NCBI GenBank assembly: GCA_951406725.2
Contig: OX597823.1
Coordinates: 77,748,001 to 77,812,000 of the forward strand
From: Octopus vulgaris
Lineage: Eukaryota
Length of the DNA stretch: 64,000 nucleotides
Direction of reading: 5' to 3'
In this document: positions 41,621 through 55,637 of the stretch, piece after piece
Layout of the letters: every line of letters starts with the position of its first letter
How positions within the stretch are numbered: the first letter of the stretch is position 1
The notes under the pieces: model-generated
What the model was told of the DNA's origin: nothing
Databases searched by the model: none
The model's input: the letters and a program-made list of their open reading frames with translations, nothing else
Made by a program: the position numbers and the translations under genes

Positions 41621-41742
41621 AACCACATTGTTCCAGGTTCAGTCCCACTGCATGGTACCTTGGGCAAATGTCTTCTATAGCCTCGGGCCGATCAAAGCAT
41701 TGTGTGTGGATTTGGTAGACGGAAACTGAAAGAAGCCTGTCG
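41620..41742 (+). mobile_element. SINE family A partial head
   Basis: aaccacattgttccaggttcagtcccactg...ggaaactgaaagaagcctgtcg followed by (TA)n. Confidence 0.85.
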
Positions 41743-41775
<33 letters not shown>

Positions 41776-41924
41776 AAGTATATGTATATTATTTAAACAG
41801 ATTGATTTGGCTCAATGTGACATAAAGCTTCACAGGCTTCTAAGAGAAGCCCATCTCTTTCAGTCTTTAGATTACCAACTCTAACTGATAAAGTATTAAT
41901 ACACAGTCACTTCTGGTGTTGCAC

Positions 41925-42200
41925 TAAACTGGAAGAGTCGTTAGCATGCTGGGTAAAATGCTTTACAGTATTTCGTGTCTTCACGTACTGAGTTCAAATT
42001 CCACCAGGGTTGACTTTGCCTTTCCTCCTTTCAGGGTTGATAAAATAAGTACATTCTGAGTTTGAATTCTGCTGGGGTTGACTTTACCTTTCATCTCTTC
42101 AGGGTCGATGAATTAAGTACCAGTGAATCACTGGGATTGATGTAATCAACCAGCCTCCTCCCCACAAATTTGAGGCCTTGTCCCTCTTGTAGAAAGGATT
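41925..42200 (+). mobile_element. SINE family B with internal body duplication
   Basis: ctgagtt..aattc...gggttgacttt.ccttt..tc..ttcagggt.gat occurs twice (~41988, ~42056). Confidence 0.82.
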
Positions 42201-42858
42201 ATTATTATTATCATCATCATCGTCATCAGTTATAAGATAGTGAGCTCACAGAACTTTTAGCATGTCAGACAAAATACTTGGCAGCACATACATGTGTGTG
42301 TGGATGCATGCGCACGCGTGTGTGTGTGTGTGTGTGCAGACATAAGTGGGAATCTGCCATATGTGAAATTTCACATCCACTGAAAATCATAAGTATCTTG
42401 TCTGATATGAGCATGAAACTACAATACACTGATTTAATTATAAGCAAACATACACACATGCATATATTCCTACATGTGAGTTTGTGTGTGTGTCTGTGTG
42501 TGTGTCTGTGTGTGTGTCTGTGTGTGTGTCTGTGTGTGTGTCTGTGTGTGTGTCTGTGTGTGTGTCTGTGTATCTACAGACACACAAGTACATATTTACA
42601 TGCACTGCAATATATATTAAAAGTGAGATTTAAGAAATACAAATATTTAAAAAGATTTGTAAAAACTAAATTCAATAATTGAGTTTAAATTGAATTTTAG
42701 CACATGAAATTTTTATAAATACAATTTACTAGTTTATTATAAGATGGATTTTGGAAAATTATATAACATAAACAAAGTGCATTACATAGATGGAACATGT
42801 AAATACACAACACACACATTTAATATGCATATAAATACACACACACTCATCACTCATC

Positions 42859-42902
<44 letters not shown>

Positions 42903-42967
42903 TAAAATTATGATCACTCACACACATACAATCCCAAATAAATGTCACCTTATGTGTGTATATATAT

Positions 42968-43592
42968 CATCATCATCTTTTAACGTCCGTTTTCCATGCT
43001 ACAATGGCTTGAATGGTTTGATCGTGGTCTGGGAAGCCAGGAGGCTGCACCAGGCTCCTGTCTGATCTGGCAGTGTTTCTACAGCTGAATACCCTTCCTA
43101 ATGCCAACTCACAATTCCATGAGTGTAGTGGGTGCTTTTTACATGCCACCGGCACTGGGGTCAGAGGAGGCTGGCAACAGCCATGATCAGTTGATACCTT
43201 TTACGTGCCACCAGCACAGGTATCACAACAACAATTTCCATTTGATTTTGATTTTGATGTTGATGTACTTGACTCAATAGGTCTCCGCAAGCACAACAGA
43301 TCGCCCTACAATCCAAGGTACTTTTGAATGGGCTGGGGCTGGTTATGTGAAACTGGTGTAGGATACAGCTGTGAACTCACTTTATTTGTCAGGTCTTCAC
43401 AGTCACAACATATCTCCAGAGGTCTCGGTCATTTGTCATTGCCTCTGTGAGACCCAACGCTCTTCCTGAGTTTACCTCTACCCTGGATTCCTTCAACTGT
43501 TTGGGAGTGGCACCTCTTCACACATCTTTCCTCATCCATCCATCCGTAGTACATGACCATACCAGCACAAACGTCTGTTTTGCATGCCACAA
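42968..43592 (-). mobile_element. 5'-truncated RTE-type LINE: ORF C-terminal remnant, 3' UTR and (GAT)n tail
   Basis: Minus translation WMDEERCVKRCHSQTVEGIQGRGKLRKS resembles the RTE C-terminus (RM...R..K......VEG.RGRGRPRKTW); ends gcatggaaaacggacgttaaaagatgatgatg. Confidence 0.82.
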
Positions 43593-43766
43593 CACATAAA
43601 ACACACACATATTTGAGATTATATATATATATGTATGTGTGTGTGTGTGCGCGTGTGTATGTGTGTGTGTATATATATATATATATACACACACTCACAC
43701 AGATATATACATATATATAGAGAGAGAGAGTGATAGATACAGGTGTACATATATTTAGGATTATAT

Positions 43767-43811
<45 letters not shown>

Positions 43812-43820
43812 CATATTTAT

Positions 43821-43853
<33 letters not shown>

Positions 43854-44367
43854 AATATATATATACATACATATTTATATATACAGAGTGGAGGAGAGAG
43901 AGACAGAGACAGACTGACAGAAAAGGAAAGAGGGATAATTTATTAGAAGGTGAAATACCATAAAATTTTCTTAGGGTTTCTTCGAGATAATCATCAGGTG
44001 ATTATGAAAAATTCAAACAGTTTTCTATCCAAAGAGCATATGAAAAATGTTTAAATATCATAACAAACACAGTTTGGAATAACAAAGGGTTGTTACTGGC
44101 TTACGGTGGAACTGTTGTTTGAAAATGGAAGCTGGTGAAACAGTTGATACCTAGTGAAGTGAAAATAGGAATGATTTATACAAAGTGATGTAATATGCAT
44201 GAACACACATACTCACATATGCATGCATGCATGCACACTGACACACATGCACATATGCATATAAGCAATCAGACAAAGCCAAACACACACACACACTTAC
44301 ATATATATGTATATATGGCTATACATTTATCCATGTATATACATACACACACACATATATATATATA

Positions 44368-44426
<59 letters not shown>

Positions 44427-44538
44427 ATGTGCATACATATACATGTATGTATGCATGTTCGTGTATTTATATATATATATATATGTATATATAAATGTGT
44501 GTGTGTGTATATATACATACATACATATACATACATAT

Positions 44539-44571
<33 letters not shown>

Positions 44572-46596
44572 GTGATATATGTATGTATATACATGCATGT
44601 ATGTACATATTTATACATCTCTCCATATATATAAATATATGTACATGCATGTATGTTTGTATATATACACACACACATACACACTAACATATATATGCAC
44701 ATACATATATTTATATATGTACATATATGCCAAGGGAGCAAATGATGAGAAAATATATGAAAAAAACAATGTATATTATTGATGTGTGAGATAATAAAAA
44801 GTAGGAAAGAAATAATTCACAATTCAGTTTTGTTAATATTTGAAAGGGTTTCAGAAATGCACCCTTATCATGCTATTTCAGTTGTAAAGGTTTTGGCTGC
44901 AAGCAATTTAACCTCTTAAAGAAATAATATTATGAAGTGAAAATTTTGAGGAATGCCTACAATAGCCCATGCATTTCTGAATGATCATTGAATTCATTCT
45001 AAAATAATATCAATATTTTCCCCCCTTTAAGCAATCTTCCAATGCAGATTGGAAAGGAATGTATCAGGAAAATAATGAACGTTGTGGACTGAGGATCAAC
45101 CATTGGATTCTGCTCACAAGAGATACAGCTTTTTAAAAATTAGTTCATATGTAACTAGGAAAACTTGCATATGTATATGTATGTTGGTTGTTACTTACTT
45201 TAAAACAATTTCCAGTAAGGATAATATAAGATAACTATACTGTTCATAATTAAAATCTGCTCACTAAGCTTCATTTAGAATTGAAATTATGTTAAAATAG
45301 CTTAAATGAATGTTGACAAATGCTTCACTAGTGTAGATTGTCTTCAAAATTTTCACTTGACAACTATGTACTTCTTAATAGTTAAATTAAAGCAGTCAAA
45401 ACATGAAGAATTGTAATAGCATGATGATATTTTCAAAAATTTCTTGAGATTAATGATAATTCATCACTCTGAGTTCTTTCTCTCCTTTGCACTTGTAATT
45501 TTCACTCATATACAAATTTTCACTCGTGTATCACTTTATACATTTTCTTGGTGTGTATGTGTAAGTATATGTGTGTGTAAATATATATGTGTGTGTATAC
45601 TCATATGTTTTAATGTATATAGCATCATTTTGCACAGTTGTATAAATTATTTACGTCTTGCTAAACTTAGTTTCAAACATATTCCAATTTTCCATTTTTC
45701 GAATCGTCAAACTGTTAGCCAATAGCATTCTTTGTTATTCCATGCCAACCAATTAGTGATCACAATGATATTCAACACTTTTTTTTGTTATGTACCTCCT
45801 ATGCCCAATTCTGTGTGCTGTTTTACATAATTATTGAAAGAGTGACAATGAGAAACTCATGGTAAAGAATTTTAAAGTTATAGTTTCTGCTTCAAATAAC
45901 TCCCAGTTTCTGTTGTTAATAGAAGGTCGACTTAGGTGGTACTAAAAAACACTTGCCTTGGGTGCTGAGCAATTGGATTGAAACCAAGAATACTTGGTTT
46001 GGAAGCAAACTTTTTAATTATACAGACATACCATATGTCAACAGCCATAGTCATACGTATATGAATATCTGTTTGCATATATATACATACAAACATACAT
46101 ACATGTGTGTGTGTGTATCTGTCTGTCTGTGGATGTATGTTTATATATGTTTATGTGTGTTTCAATAAACGTTATTGTCATGCTTTTTAAGCAGACTGGC
46201 TGAATGCACCATTAAAGGCTAAACAAACTTAAAGTCGCATTCAAATCAATATTCTGAATATATTTTACTCTTCCACATGTATAGAGTCCTATAATCAGTT
46301 ATTGTTTCCTACAAGATGATGAATAATGCCAATATAATACATTTATATATTCATGTGTGTGTGTGTGTGTGTGCAAGATTATGTGTGTGTGTATATATAT
46401 ATATAAATATGTATATATATATTTATATACATGCTGAAATTAAATCTTTATAACCTGAGGATATTAGTTTTGTGATAAGCAATGTTATCAGATATACCAA
46501 AGTTTTCTACTTTCTAATAGCCTGCATTAAAAAAAAAAAATAAATAATGATATCCTACAGATTCCTGAAATAAACTCAACACAATGCTTGAGCTCA

Positions 46597-46637
<41 letters not shown>

Positions 46638-47124
46638 GATAAATACACAAAAACAAACACCTACACATAAATAGTGTGATAAATTACCTGATAGTCACAT
46701 AATGTAATATAGTTTATTCAGGAGTCTAACATTTTTAGAGTACTAAATCTATCGTTCCGTACAAAAACGTTTCTATGATAAACTTCTGAATATGTTTATC
46801 GCCATCATAATTTATATCCACATTCCATGCTGGCATTGTCTGGACAGATCGTCATGGTCTAAGGCAGATCTTATTTGGAGTTATTGTTCTCCTCAATGGT
46901 TAAGAAAATCATGTCACTCAATAATTCTCAAACGTTTTTAAATTTGGCATAGTTCCAATAGCTTGTAGTCCTTCAGTCCAATCATTTTCCAGAGTCTGTT
47001 GGGTTCATTTTACTATGACACCAAAACAAAAGTTGTCTGTGACGTTTTGGCCCTTCCTATTTAGTATCACTAATTCAATGTTTATTTCACATTTAGATAA
47101 TTTAATATGTCTCTCATTCTTAAT

Positions 47125-47340
47125 GGCAGCAAGCAGGCAGATTCGTTAGCAAACTGGACAAAACACCTAGCAGCATTTCATTTGCCATTATGTCCAAAGT
47201 TCAAATGCCTCTGGGTTTAACTTAGCCTTTTATTCTTTTGTGGGGTGAATAAAATAAGTACTAGTTTAATACTGGGGTTAATGTAACTGAATTACTCCCT
47301 ACCTCAAACCTGCTGACCTTCTACTAAAATTTTAAACCAA
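47125..47340 (+). mobile_element. Diverged SINE family B
   Basis: ggcagcaagcaggcagattcgttagc...gttcaaat...aataaaataagtactag. Confidence 0.78.
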
Positions 47341-47526
47341 TGTTTCTTTCATTCTTTTCCTCTCTGTCTCTCACTTCCTCCATTTCTCATTCTCTCCCTC
47401 ATTTCTCACTCACTTTTTCCCTCCTTCCCTCCTTTCTCACAGTTTCCCTCTGTTTTTCTCTTTGTGTGTGAGCATATTTCTTTATGTATTTATGAGGAAA
47501 GGGTAAGTGTTCATGTCAATCTTGTT

Positions 47527-47937
47527 CAGGAGTGGCTGTGTGTTAAGTAGCTTGCTTACGAACCACATGGTTTGGGGTTCAGTCCCACTGTGGCACCTTG
47601 GGCTAGTGTCTTCTGCTATAGCCTCGGGCCAACCAAAGCCTTGTGAGTGGATTTGATAGATGGAAACTGAAAGAAGCCTGTTGTATATATGTGTTTATAT
47701 ATATATATATGTGTGTGTGTGCGTGTCTGTATGTTTGTGTGTCTGTGTTTGTCCCCCCAACATCACTTGACAACTGATGGTGGTGTGTCTATGTCCCCGT
47801 CACTTAGCGGTTTGGCAAAAGAGACAGATAGAATAAGTAATAGGCTTACAAAGAATAAGTCCTGGGTTCGATTTGCTCGACTAAAGGTGGTGCTCCAGCA
47901 TGGCCACAGTCAAATGACTGAAACAAGTAAAAGAGTA
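47527..47937 (+). mobile_element. Full-length SINE family A
   Basis: Head, internal (TA)(TG) tract and tail all present. Confidence 0.92.
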
Positions 47938-48599
47938 ACTAATAAGCTATAATTTCTCTCTCTCTCACTTTCTCTCTTACTCCCACTATCTCTATGTATA
48001 TATTTCTGTGCATGTGTGTGTGTGTCTATATGAGTGTGTATGCATGTCTGTGTGTGTGTCTAGTGCCAAAAAATACTGTCACTAAAACAGCTTCAATGTC
48101 CATCTAGTCACCCCCGGTCAAATCGCCAATGACCAAACAGTCATGCCCAATCATTTCATTCTGGCACAAGGTGGGGGTGACCAAATTCTCCACAAGACAA
48201 GACTAAGGAACTTTTTGAGCTTCTATCATCAACTTTTTTAAGTCAGCCTTGGAAATATTTGAACCCATAACGTAAAGATCTATGAAATGATGCTAAGCAT
48301 TTTCTCCAGTTCTCTAATGGTTCTGCCATCTCATCACAATAATAATAATGATGTCAATGACGATGAAATCTCATAATCTTCACTTGCCTTAGGGTGCTGG
48401 GTGTAACCCAGGAAATGATTGCATCAAACACACAGGTTAAAAGCAAAATAATAATAATAATAATGACAGCAAATTAAGAATTTTACTAAATTCTTCATTC
48501 TGAAAACCAATTGAAACAAAGGCGTTGTCTTTTACTAGAAGAATGGTAATAAAAGAGTTAATCCATTCATTATGATGTTGTTACATCTTTCAGGCTATA

Positions 48600-48760
48600 A
48601 CTGTTTCCAGTCTTCTTCACTTTCCTTTTTCACCTTGGAACAGCTGATCTCTTTGCACAACCTTTACACTTGGTGGGCTCCTCCCTCCAGTAGTTTTACC
48701 TCCCAGCATATTCTTCAAATTTATATCCTCAGTGATACCATACACATTTTTAAAGCTTCA
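48600..48760 (-). pseudogene. Possible highly decayed RTE-like ORF C-terminus
   Basis: Minus translation VYGITEDINLKNMLGGKTTGGRSPPSVKVVQRD loosely resembles WYGH...LK.ILEGKVEG.RGRGRP...V.RD. Confidence 0.35.
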
Positions 48761-50011
48761 GCTATCAGTAACCATCTCTTCCCTTTAGCACATGAACTTA
48801 TTCCATTTGTAAACTTTATACAACAATTTTTGCCTATACAGAGCACTTCTAGATTATTCAAACTATTTGTTTTCCTTTCTTTCTTGTGTGTTTTTTTCTT
48901 TTATCATATATGGTGTATCCCTGAAAATAGAAGGAATGTAATTTCTTTGTGATTTCATTATCATGCTATAGAATTTGAAAAGAAAAAAAATTATAACCAG
49001 ATATGGAAAAAGTTTTCATTTCAAAGAAACAAAATAAGAAAACCTGCCATTGTATTTGTGCTATAGAAACACAAATGGCTAACGAAAAAGTAGACGCCAT
49101 TTTATGGCCTGAAGGAATCGTAGAGAGATAAAATAGAGCAAAATTTTGCAAAAAAGAAAAATTTAATGAAAATTAATGGTAACAAAAATGCCATAATAAA
49201 TCAACAACAATGCTTACAAATACATTACAAATATATTTGCTGTAGGGGCCATAAGTGGGTTTTAATGTAAGGATTTTAATTTGTTTTAAAACAAGCAATG
49301 ACATGCAAAGAGAATGTAAACTGATAATAAATCAAAACTAAAGGAAAAATTAAATATTTTGGTTTGCGTTGCTGTTGTTGTTGTTGCTCTTTAGCTCTAG
49401 GCTAATCCTGTTTGGACAGCCATGTGGCGAAAGGTTTTCTTAGCATAGCCATTCCTATCTTTTAATATCTAAGGGACTATATTTTTCAGTGTGTTCCTTA
49501 GGGTGTCAGTTAAGGGAGATTTAGTTGCCACATCTAGCTGATTGAGTGAGCCACAAAGAAGCTCTCTCATTGATTTCTTGTTGAAATTGAAAATTATATT
49601 TTTATTCCTTTCTTTTTTGCTGGTGTTAAATTCAACAATTAATGATTTTAATGAAAAAATTATCCACATTTTTGTAGCCACAGGGCTTTTATTTGTAAGA
49701 AATAGGGATTGAATTGATAAAATGCTTTATGGTATATGGTTATGTCCTGGGTCTCTACATTTTAAGTTCAAATCTCACTAAAGTCAGCTTTAGACTTTTA
49801 TCATTTTGGGGGCCTTAAATAAAGTACTTGCTCAGGGATGTGATGAAATTATTAGAGTTCTGAACAAGATGTTTTGTGGTATCTGGATCATTGCATCATG
49901 AGTTCAAACTCTGTCATGTGCTCATGGCCAGAGTTAATTACATAACTGTAGGAGCTCTCTGTTTAACATGCAGTCAGTTAGTATGGGTAGGTAGGCCTAC
50001 AGCCAGCTTAA

Positions 50012-50232
50012 CCCTTTTGTTACCAACCCAGCTGAAACCGGCTCTTGCTCTGTAGTACAAGTGTCTTGTTTTCATAAGTTTTGAATTAAAATCTTTCACC
50101 AAACCTTAGTCACAATTTATGCTCCTAACACTAGCTGAATGATAACCAAGTTATTTTACTAAATTCTTTGTTATATTTAAAGTAATTGAAAGAAACACAG
50201 AGCATCTCAAAATAAATACAGTAACAAAAGGG
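50012..50232. mobile_element. piggyBac-type MITE
   Basis: TTAA TSDs at 50008-50011 and 50233-50236; perfect TIRs cccttttgttac / gtaacaaaaggg. Confidence 0.88.
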
Positions 50233-50588
50233 TTAAATAAACTGGTTGTAGGCATTCTGAGGCTTTTGATTATCACTGGTTTGACAACAGCCCAATGATC
50301 TTATCAACATCTATTTCAGATGATAACGATGGTGATGGTGGGAGGTGAGGAGAAGAACAAGAAGGAGGAGGCAAAGGGGAAGATTATGACATTATTCATA
50401 TAATTATTTTATCTTAATGTTTCACTTCACTTGAAAATGACATCTTTCCTCAGAATGAGTTGACACTTTGAATTTCTTCTTTGCAAATATACACGTCTTT
50501 TTTTTTTTGGTTGATACTTATTTACTAAATGCTGCAATACAGCAGTATCAGAAGGAATACATACACACATATATATATATATTCTTAT

Positions 50589-50800
50589 ATTCTTTTACAC
50601 TTGTTTCAGTCATTTGACTGCAGCCATGATATAGCACCACCTTCAAGGGTTTTAACCAAACAAATTTACCCCAGGTCTTATATTATTTTAAGGCTAGTAC
50701 TTATTCTATCGGGCTCTTTTACTGAACAGCTAATTTACAGGAATGTAAACACACCAACACCGGTTGTCATGCAGTGATGGGATGACAGACACAAAGACAC
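50589..50800 (-). mobile_element. SINE family A 3' half (matching head at 51556-51665)
   Basis: cttgtttcagtcatttgactgcagccatg is the reversed tail; reversed head lies ~750 bp downstream. Confidence 0.82.
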
Positions 50801-51113
50801 ATGCTCATAGATATATACCAGAGGTGACTCCAGATCATCAGCATCACTCTGGCATGTGTGAATGATGTCAAGAGAACGTCTGCTACAAATAATGTTTTTT
50901 CACAAAGGGCACCTCTAAGATGATCACACCAGATGTTGAACTGTGACCAGGCTCAATAAAAGAAGCCTGAGTTATTGGCTGCAATTACACACTTGAAGTA
51001 GTGTTGGCAGAAATCAAATCAGCTTGCAAATACTAGTTCACTTTACTAAATTTATCCTCGGGCTAAGCCCAAACAGCCTGAGTGCCAGAGTCACCATTGA
51101 TATATATATATGT

Positions 51114-51312
51114 CTGGCACCTGTGCAGGTGGCACATAAAAAGCACCCACTACACTCATGGAGTGGTTGGCGTTAGGAAGGGCATCCAGCCATAGAAACA
51201 TTGCCAGATCAGACTGGGCCTGGTGCAGCCTTCTGGCTTCCCAGACCCCAGTTGCACCGTCTTACCAATGCCAGCATGGAAAGCGGACGCTAAACGATGA
51301 TGATAATGATGA

Positions 51313-51314
<2 letters not shown>
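51114..51314 (+). mobile_element. RTE-type LINE 3' UTR fragment with (GAT)n tail
   Basis: aaaagcacccactacactc...gcatggaaagcggacgctaaacgatgatga. Confidence 0.85.
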
Positions 51315-51354
<40 letters not shown>

Positions 51355-51555
51355 AAAATAAGCAAGGTAGAAAATGGTAAAATAATTTTATCATGAAGAA
51401 CATTCTAGTACCAGTATCAGTCTTTGCGACATTTTCAACTTAGAGTAAAGCATAGAAAACAATTAAATTGTGGAAAAATTAAATGAAATGTTTTTTTAAA
51501 ATATTTCCATAGTTTTCAAACTCAATGGACATTTTCCGTTTTACTGTCTTTCTCT

Positions 51556-51665
51556 AAGGCTTTGGTCAGCCTGAGGATATAGTAGGATACACTTACCAAG
51601 GGGCCAGGCAGTTGGACTGAACCTGGAACAGTATGATTAGTATACCACACAGTCATGCCTGCACC
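51556..51665 (-). mobile_element. SINE family A head
   Basis: aaggctttggtcagcctgagg.tatagtagga.acacttaccaagg...ggactgaacc...accacacagtcatgcctgcacc. Confidence 0.8.
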
Positions 51666-51730
51666 TTTAAGAATTTAATAGATTACATTTCAAAAATTAG
51701 AATGTGACAGCTGTGGTATATATTTATATA

Positions 51731-51762
<32 letters not shown>

Positions 51763-51793
51763 GATATAGATAGATAGATAGATAGATATAGAT

Positions 51794-51840
<47 letters not shown>

Positions 51841-52321
51841 TGTATGTATGTATACTATACATAAATATATATATGTAAAGGCGTTATTTGGACCCTCCAC
51901 ATGTTCGTAAATATGACATGTGACATTTACAAAGCAGACAGTAACAAAAATGGACAAATACACAATATTACTGTGTCTCTGGACATTGCCCAGAGCAGAC
52001 CTTAATGTCAGCAGAAAATAAGGTCAACAGTGATGAGAGAGGGGGGGAGATGGAGAGAGTGAAGGAATGTGTGGGAGAGGGGTGTTGGTGGAGAAGATTA
52101 AATGGAAGCTAGGAGATGACACATCTCTATGATATGACACTGGGGCCTCAGTGGACTAAGAATGGTAAAGATGGCAAGGAGAGAGTGGCAGGGTGGGGTT
52201 GCTGCTGTTGATTGAAGACACTGTAATGGTGATGTTTGTGGTGGTAGTATGGTGGTAGTAATAGTGGTGGCAGTGGAAACCCTGGCTGTGATCATAGTCA
52301 TTGGAGTGGGAGACTCATCAC

Positions 52322-52380
<59 letters not shown>

Positions 52381-52406
52381 GAGGAGGAGGAGGAGGAGGA
52401 GGAGGA
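52322..52406. repeat. (TAG)n(GAG)n microsatellite
   Basis: Direct reading. Confidence 0.97.
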
Positions 52407-53755
52407 GCGGCTGCAGCTATGTGAAATGTTCAACCAATAGTTGCAGAAAAAGTTCTATAATGATGATAATGATGGTAAGGATTTCTTCTAGAGTAAAGGT
52501 GATGTTTGTGCTAAGGGATACTATTACCTGTATGTGCATGTGTGTGTGCATATGTGTGTGTTTGTGTGTGTGTGTGTGTGTATATGTATGTATGTATGTA
52601 TATGTGTATATATACGTATGCATGTAGGCATATATATATATATATATATGTATGTATATTTGAAAAAATGAGTAGAGATGGGTTTTTGTGGGGGATAATT
52701 TTTATTTCAATTATAATGTTTACAGTGAATGACTCTGATAATTTTTTTATATATATTTTTCGCTATTTAACATTTTTGCTATTTAAGCAACCAGTAAAAC
52801 ATACATTTTTCAGTTTGAAAACAGCTATTTGAAGCTTGAAACTCATACCAGAATCACTCAGGGTAAACATTATTAAAATAAAAATTATCCCTCCCCCCCT
52901 TAAGAGAAAGCCATCTCTACTCATTTTTCTCAAATATATAATACTATACCAAGAATTTTCTTTTTATTATTCTACTATGATGATGATGATGGTGGTGGTG
53001 GTGGTGGTAGTAGTAGTGGTGGTGGTTTTTAGGGACCACAACAATGACAGCAACAGTAATGACAATGATGAGGGCCATGAAGGTGGAATCTGTAAAAAGA
53101 GGGGTTGGGAGTAGGAGCAGCAGAAGATGAAAGAAGAAGGTGGAGAAGTAGAAAAAGAAGAAGAAATATGACATCAACAACAACAACTTAGAAATATAAG
53201 ACGTCAAATTAAAAAGTGAAAATAGCAAAAAAAAAATATCAATAAAGAGTATAACAAAATATACACACACTAAAAAATATAGAAATATGAAAATAAACAG
53301 TGAGAATGAATTATGAAGGAAGAACAAGAATATGGCATTCGTTCTTTTGTAAACTTCATGTCAAATTAGTTTATTTACATTATCTTTTTCCCAATGACAT
53401 TCTCAAAAGTTCAGCAGAAAATATCAAAACCTTTCCAGGGAAATTCCACTTGCTCACTTCTGGAAATTATATTTCCCTTGCAGTATTGCACTTTAAATAA
53501 CAATAGACGAAGGGAAAAAAGAAATTGTGGTTTTTTATTTTAAACACTTTGCTTATGAATTTAATAATAGAAAATGATAAATGATGATATCCTATGTCAA
53601 ATTCAAGGGATTTTTTTTTCATATCTTTATCGATTTCTTTTCATTTTTATCACACATGAACAATTTATCTATTTATCTATCTCTCTATCTACCTGTCTAT
53701 CTATCTATTTATCTATCTATTTAGCTATCTGTCTATCTATCTATTTATCTGACTC

Positions 53756-53788
<33 letters not shown>

Positions 53789-53992
53789 AACTATAGACAT
53801 ATACATATGTCTGTAATATATATATATATACATATTTATACACACACACACACATATATGCATATGTGCATGTGTGATGTGTGTGTAAATATGAATATTA
53901 TACTTACCTACCTATCAATCTATATCCATGATATATATATATATTTATATATATATAAAGTATGGTATATAATAAGTATATGTGTGTGTATA

Positions 53993-54413
53993 GGTGCAAG
54001 AGTGTCTGTGTGGTAAGTAGCTTGCTTATCAACCACAATTCTGGATTCAGTCCCACTGTGTGGCAACTTGGGCAAGTGCCTTCTACTATAGCCTCGGGCT
54101 GACCAAAGTCTTGTGAGTGGATTTGGCAGACAAAAACTGAAAGAATCCTGTTGTATATATATGTATATGTGTGTGTGTGTGTATGTATGTGTGTGTGCGT
54201 CAGTGTGTGTTTGTGCATCTGTTACCCCATCATTGCTTGACAACCAATGTTGGTATGTTTACGTTCCCATAACTTAGTGGTACAGCGAAAGAGACCAATC
54301 GAATAAGTACTAGGCTTCCAAAGAATAAGTCCTGGGATCGATTTGTTTGACTAAAGGCAGTGCTCCAGCATGGCTGCAGTCAAATAACTGAAGCAAATAA
54401 AAGAATAAAAGAA
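53993..54413 (+). mobile_element. Full-length SINE family A
   Basis: Head, internal microsatellite and tail present. Confidence 0.92.
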
Positions 54414-54433
54414 TTTATATATATATATGTATG

Positions 54434-54480
<47 letters not shown>

Positions 54481-54556
54481 GCAGAGTGGAAGGTGTTTAT
54501 AAGCCATTTAAGAAACACACAAAAGCCGTTCGATTCACTTCAACATTTAAGTTTAA

Positions 54557-54606
54557 TTTGTCAAAATATTTTCGTCGCTAAAATCCGCGACCTGTTCACT
54601 GACAAA
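54557..54606 (-). ncRNA. Minimal type-I hammerhead ribozyme, G3-C8 core variant, within a ~170-bp insertion (54478-54645) in (AT)n
   Basis: tttgtca|GTGAACA|g|gtcgc-ggatttta-gcgac|GAAA|atat|TT|tgacaaa: perfect 7-bp stem I, 5-bp stem II, palindromic stem III. Confidence 0.72.
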
Positions 54607-55436
54607 AATCCGTGCTGCATCTGAGAAAGTAACAGTTAGTTCGTCATATATATGTACGTATGTATGCGTGTTTTATGTATACACACATATATATATATGT
54701 ATACACATATACATATATATAGGGAGAGAGAGAGAGAGTTATGATATATATACATATATAAGCATGGATACATATACACACACACACATATATTATAGAC
54801 GGGATCTATCTATCCATTTATCTATACACACATACACTCATGCAGAATGTGTTCATGTATGTATAACATGAACATATAAAATTTTTCATAGCTTTTTAAT
54901 AAATCCTTCCACCTAAAAAAATATAAGATGCTTCCTGTGTTTTATTTAGTATTTTTTTGAAATATACACATACTTGTTACAAATCACACAATTTTGTTTT
55001 AAAATTGGAAGAGGAAAAAACAAAGTTAAAATCAAAAAGAAAACAGACCTAAAAGTTAAATAATTAACTAAAATGCTTAATTCGGAAATAAACTTTAAGG
55101 ATTTTTTGTTGATTTTTTAAAAAAAGTAAAATACGAAAGGGAAATGTCATCATGGAACTTATTTCTTTTGGCATCAAATTCTAGGAGAGAAGCAAAAGAA
55201 AATTCCGCCCAGCAGGCATTTGTTGTAAAAAATGTTAATAACAATGGTGATGACAATGATGATGGGGATGAAGCTAATAATAATAATAATAATGATAATA
55301 ATAATAATAATGTTTCATTTATTTGCCACCAGGGCAAAGGATGTGGGGGACAATATATAAATAAACACTAAGTGTTGGGGTTTACATATAATGAAATGAT
55401 AAAATAAATAACAAAAGAAGTAAGTATACACAAGGA

Positions 55437-55483
55437 AAATAATAATAATAAAAATAATAATAAAAATAATAATAATAATAATA

Positions 55484-55524
<41 letters not shown>

Positions 55525-55562
55525 TAACAATAATTAATAATAGCAGTAATAATAATAATAAT

Positions 55563-55619
<57 letters not shown>

Positions 55620-55637
55620 TAATAATTAATAATAATA
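55437..55637. repeat. (AAT)n microsatellite
   Basis: Direct reading. Confidence 0.95.

Noticed and set aside
46765-46808. Minus-strand hairpin followed by GAAACGUU
   Set aside because: No stem I or valid core; upstream sequence is an RTE tail.
48858-48920. Minus-strand terminal exon after strong acceptor ttccttctattttcAG
   Set aside because: All frames stop within ~20 codons, the peptide is low-complexity, and adjacent sequence looks like decayed LINE.
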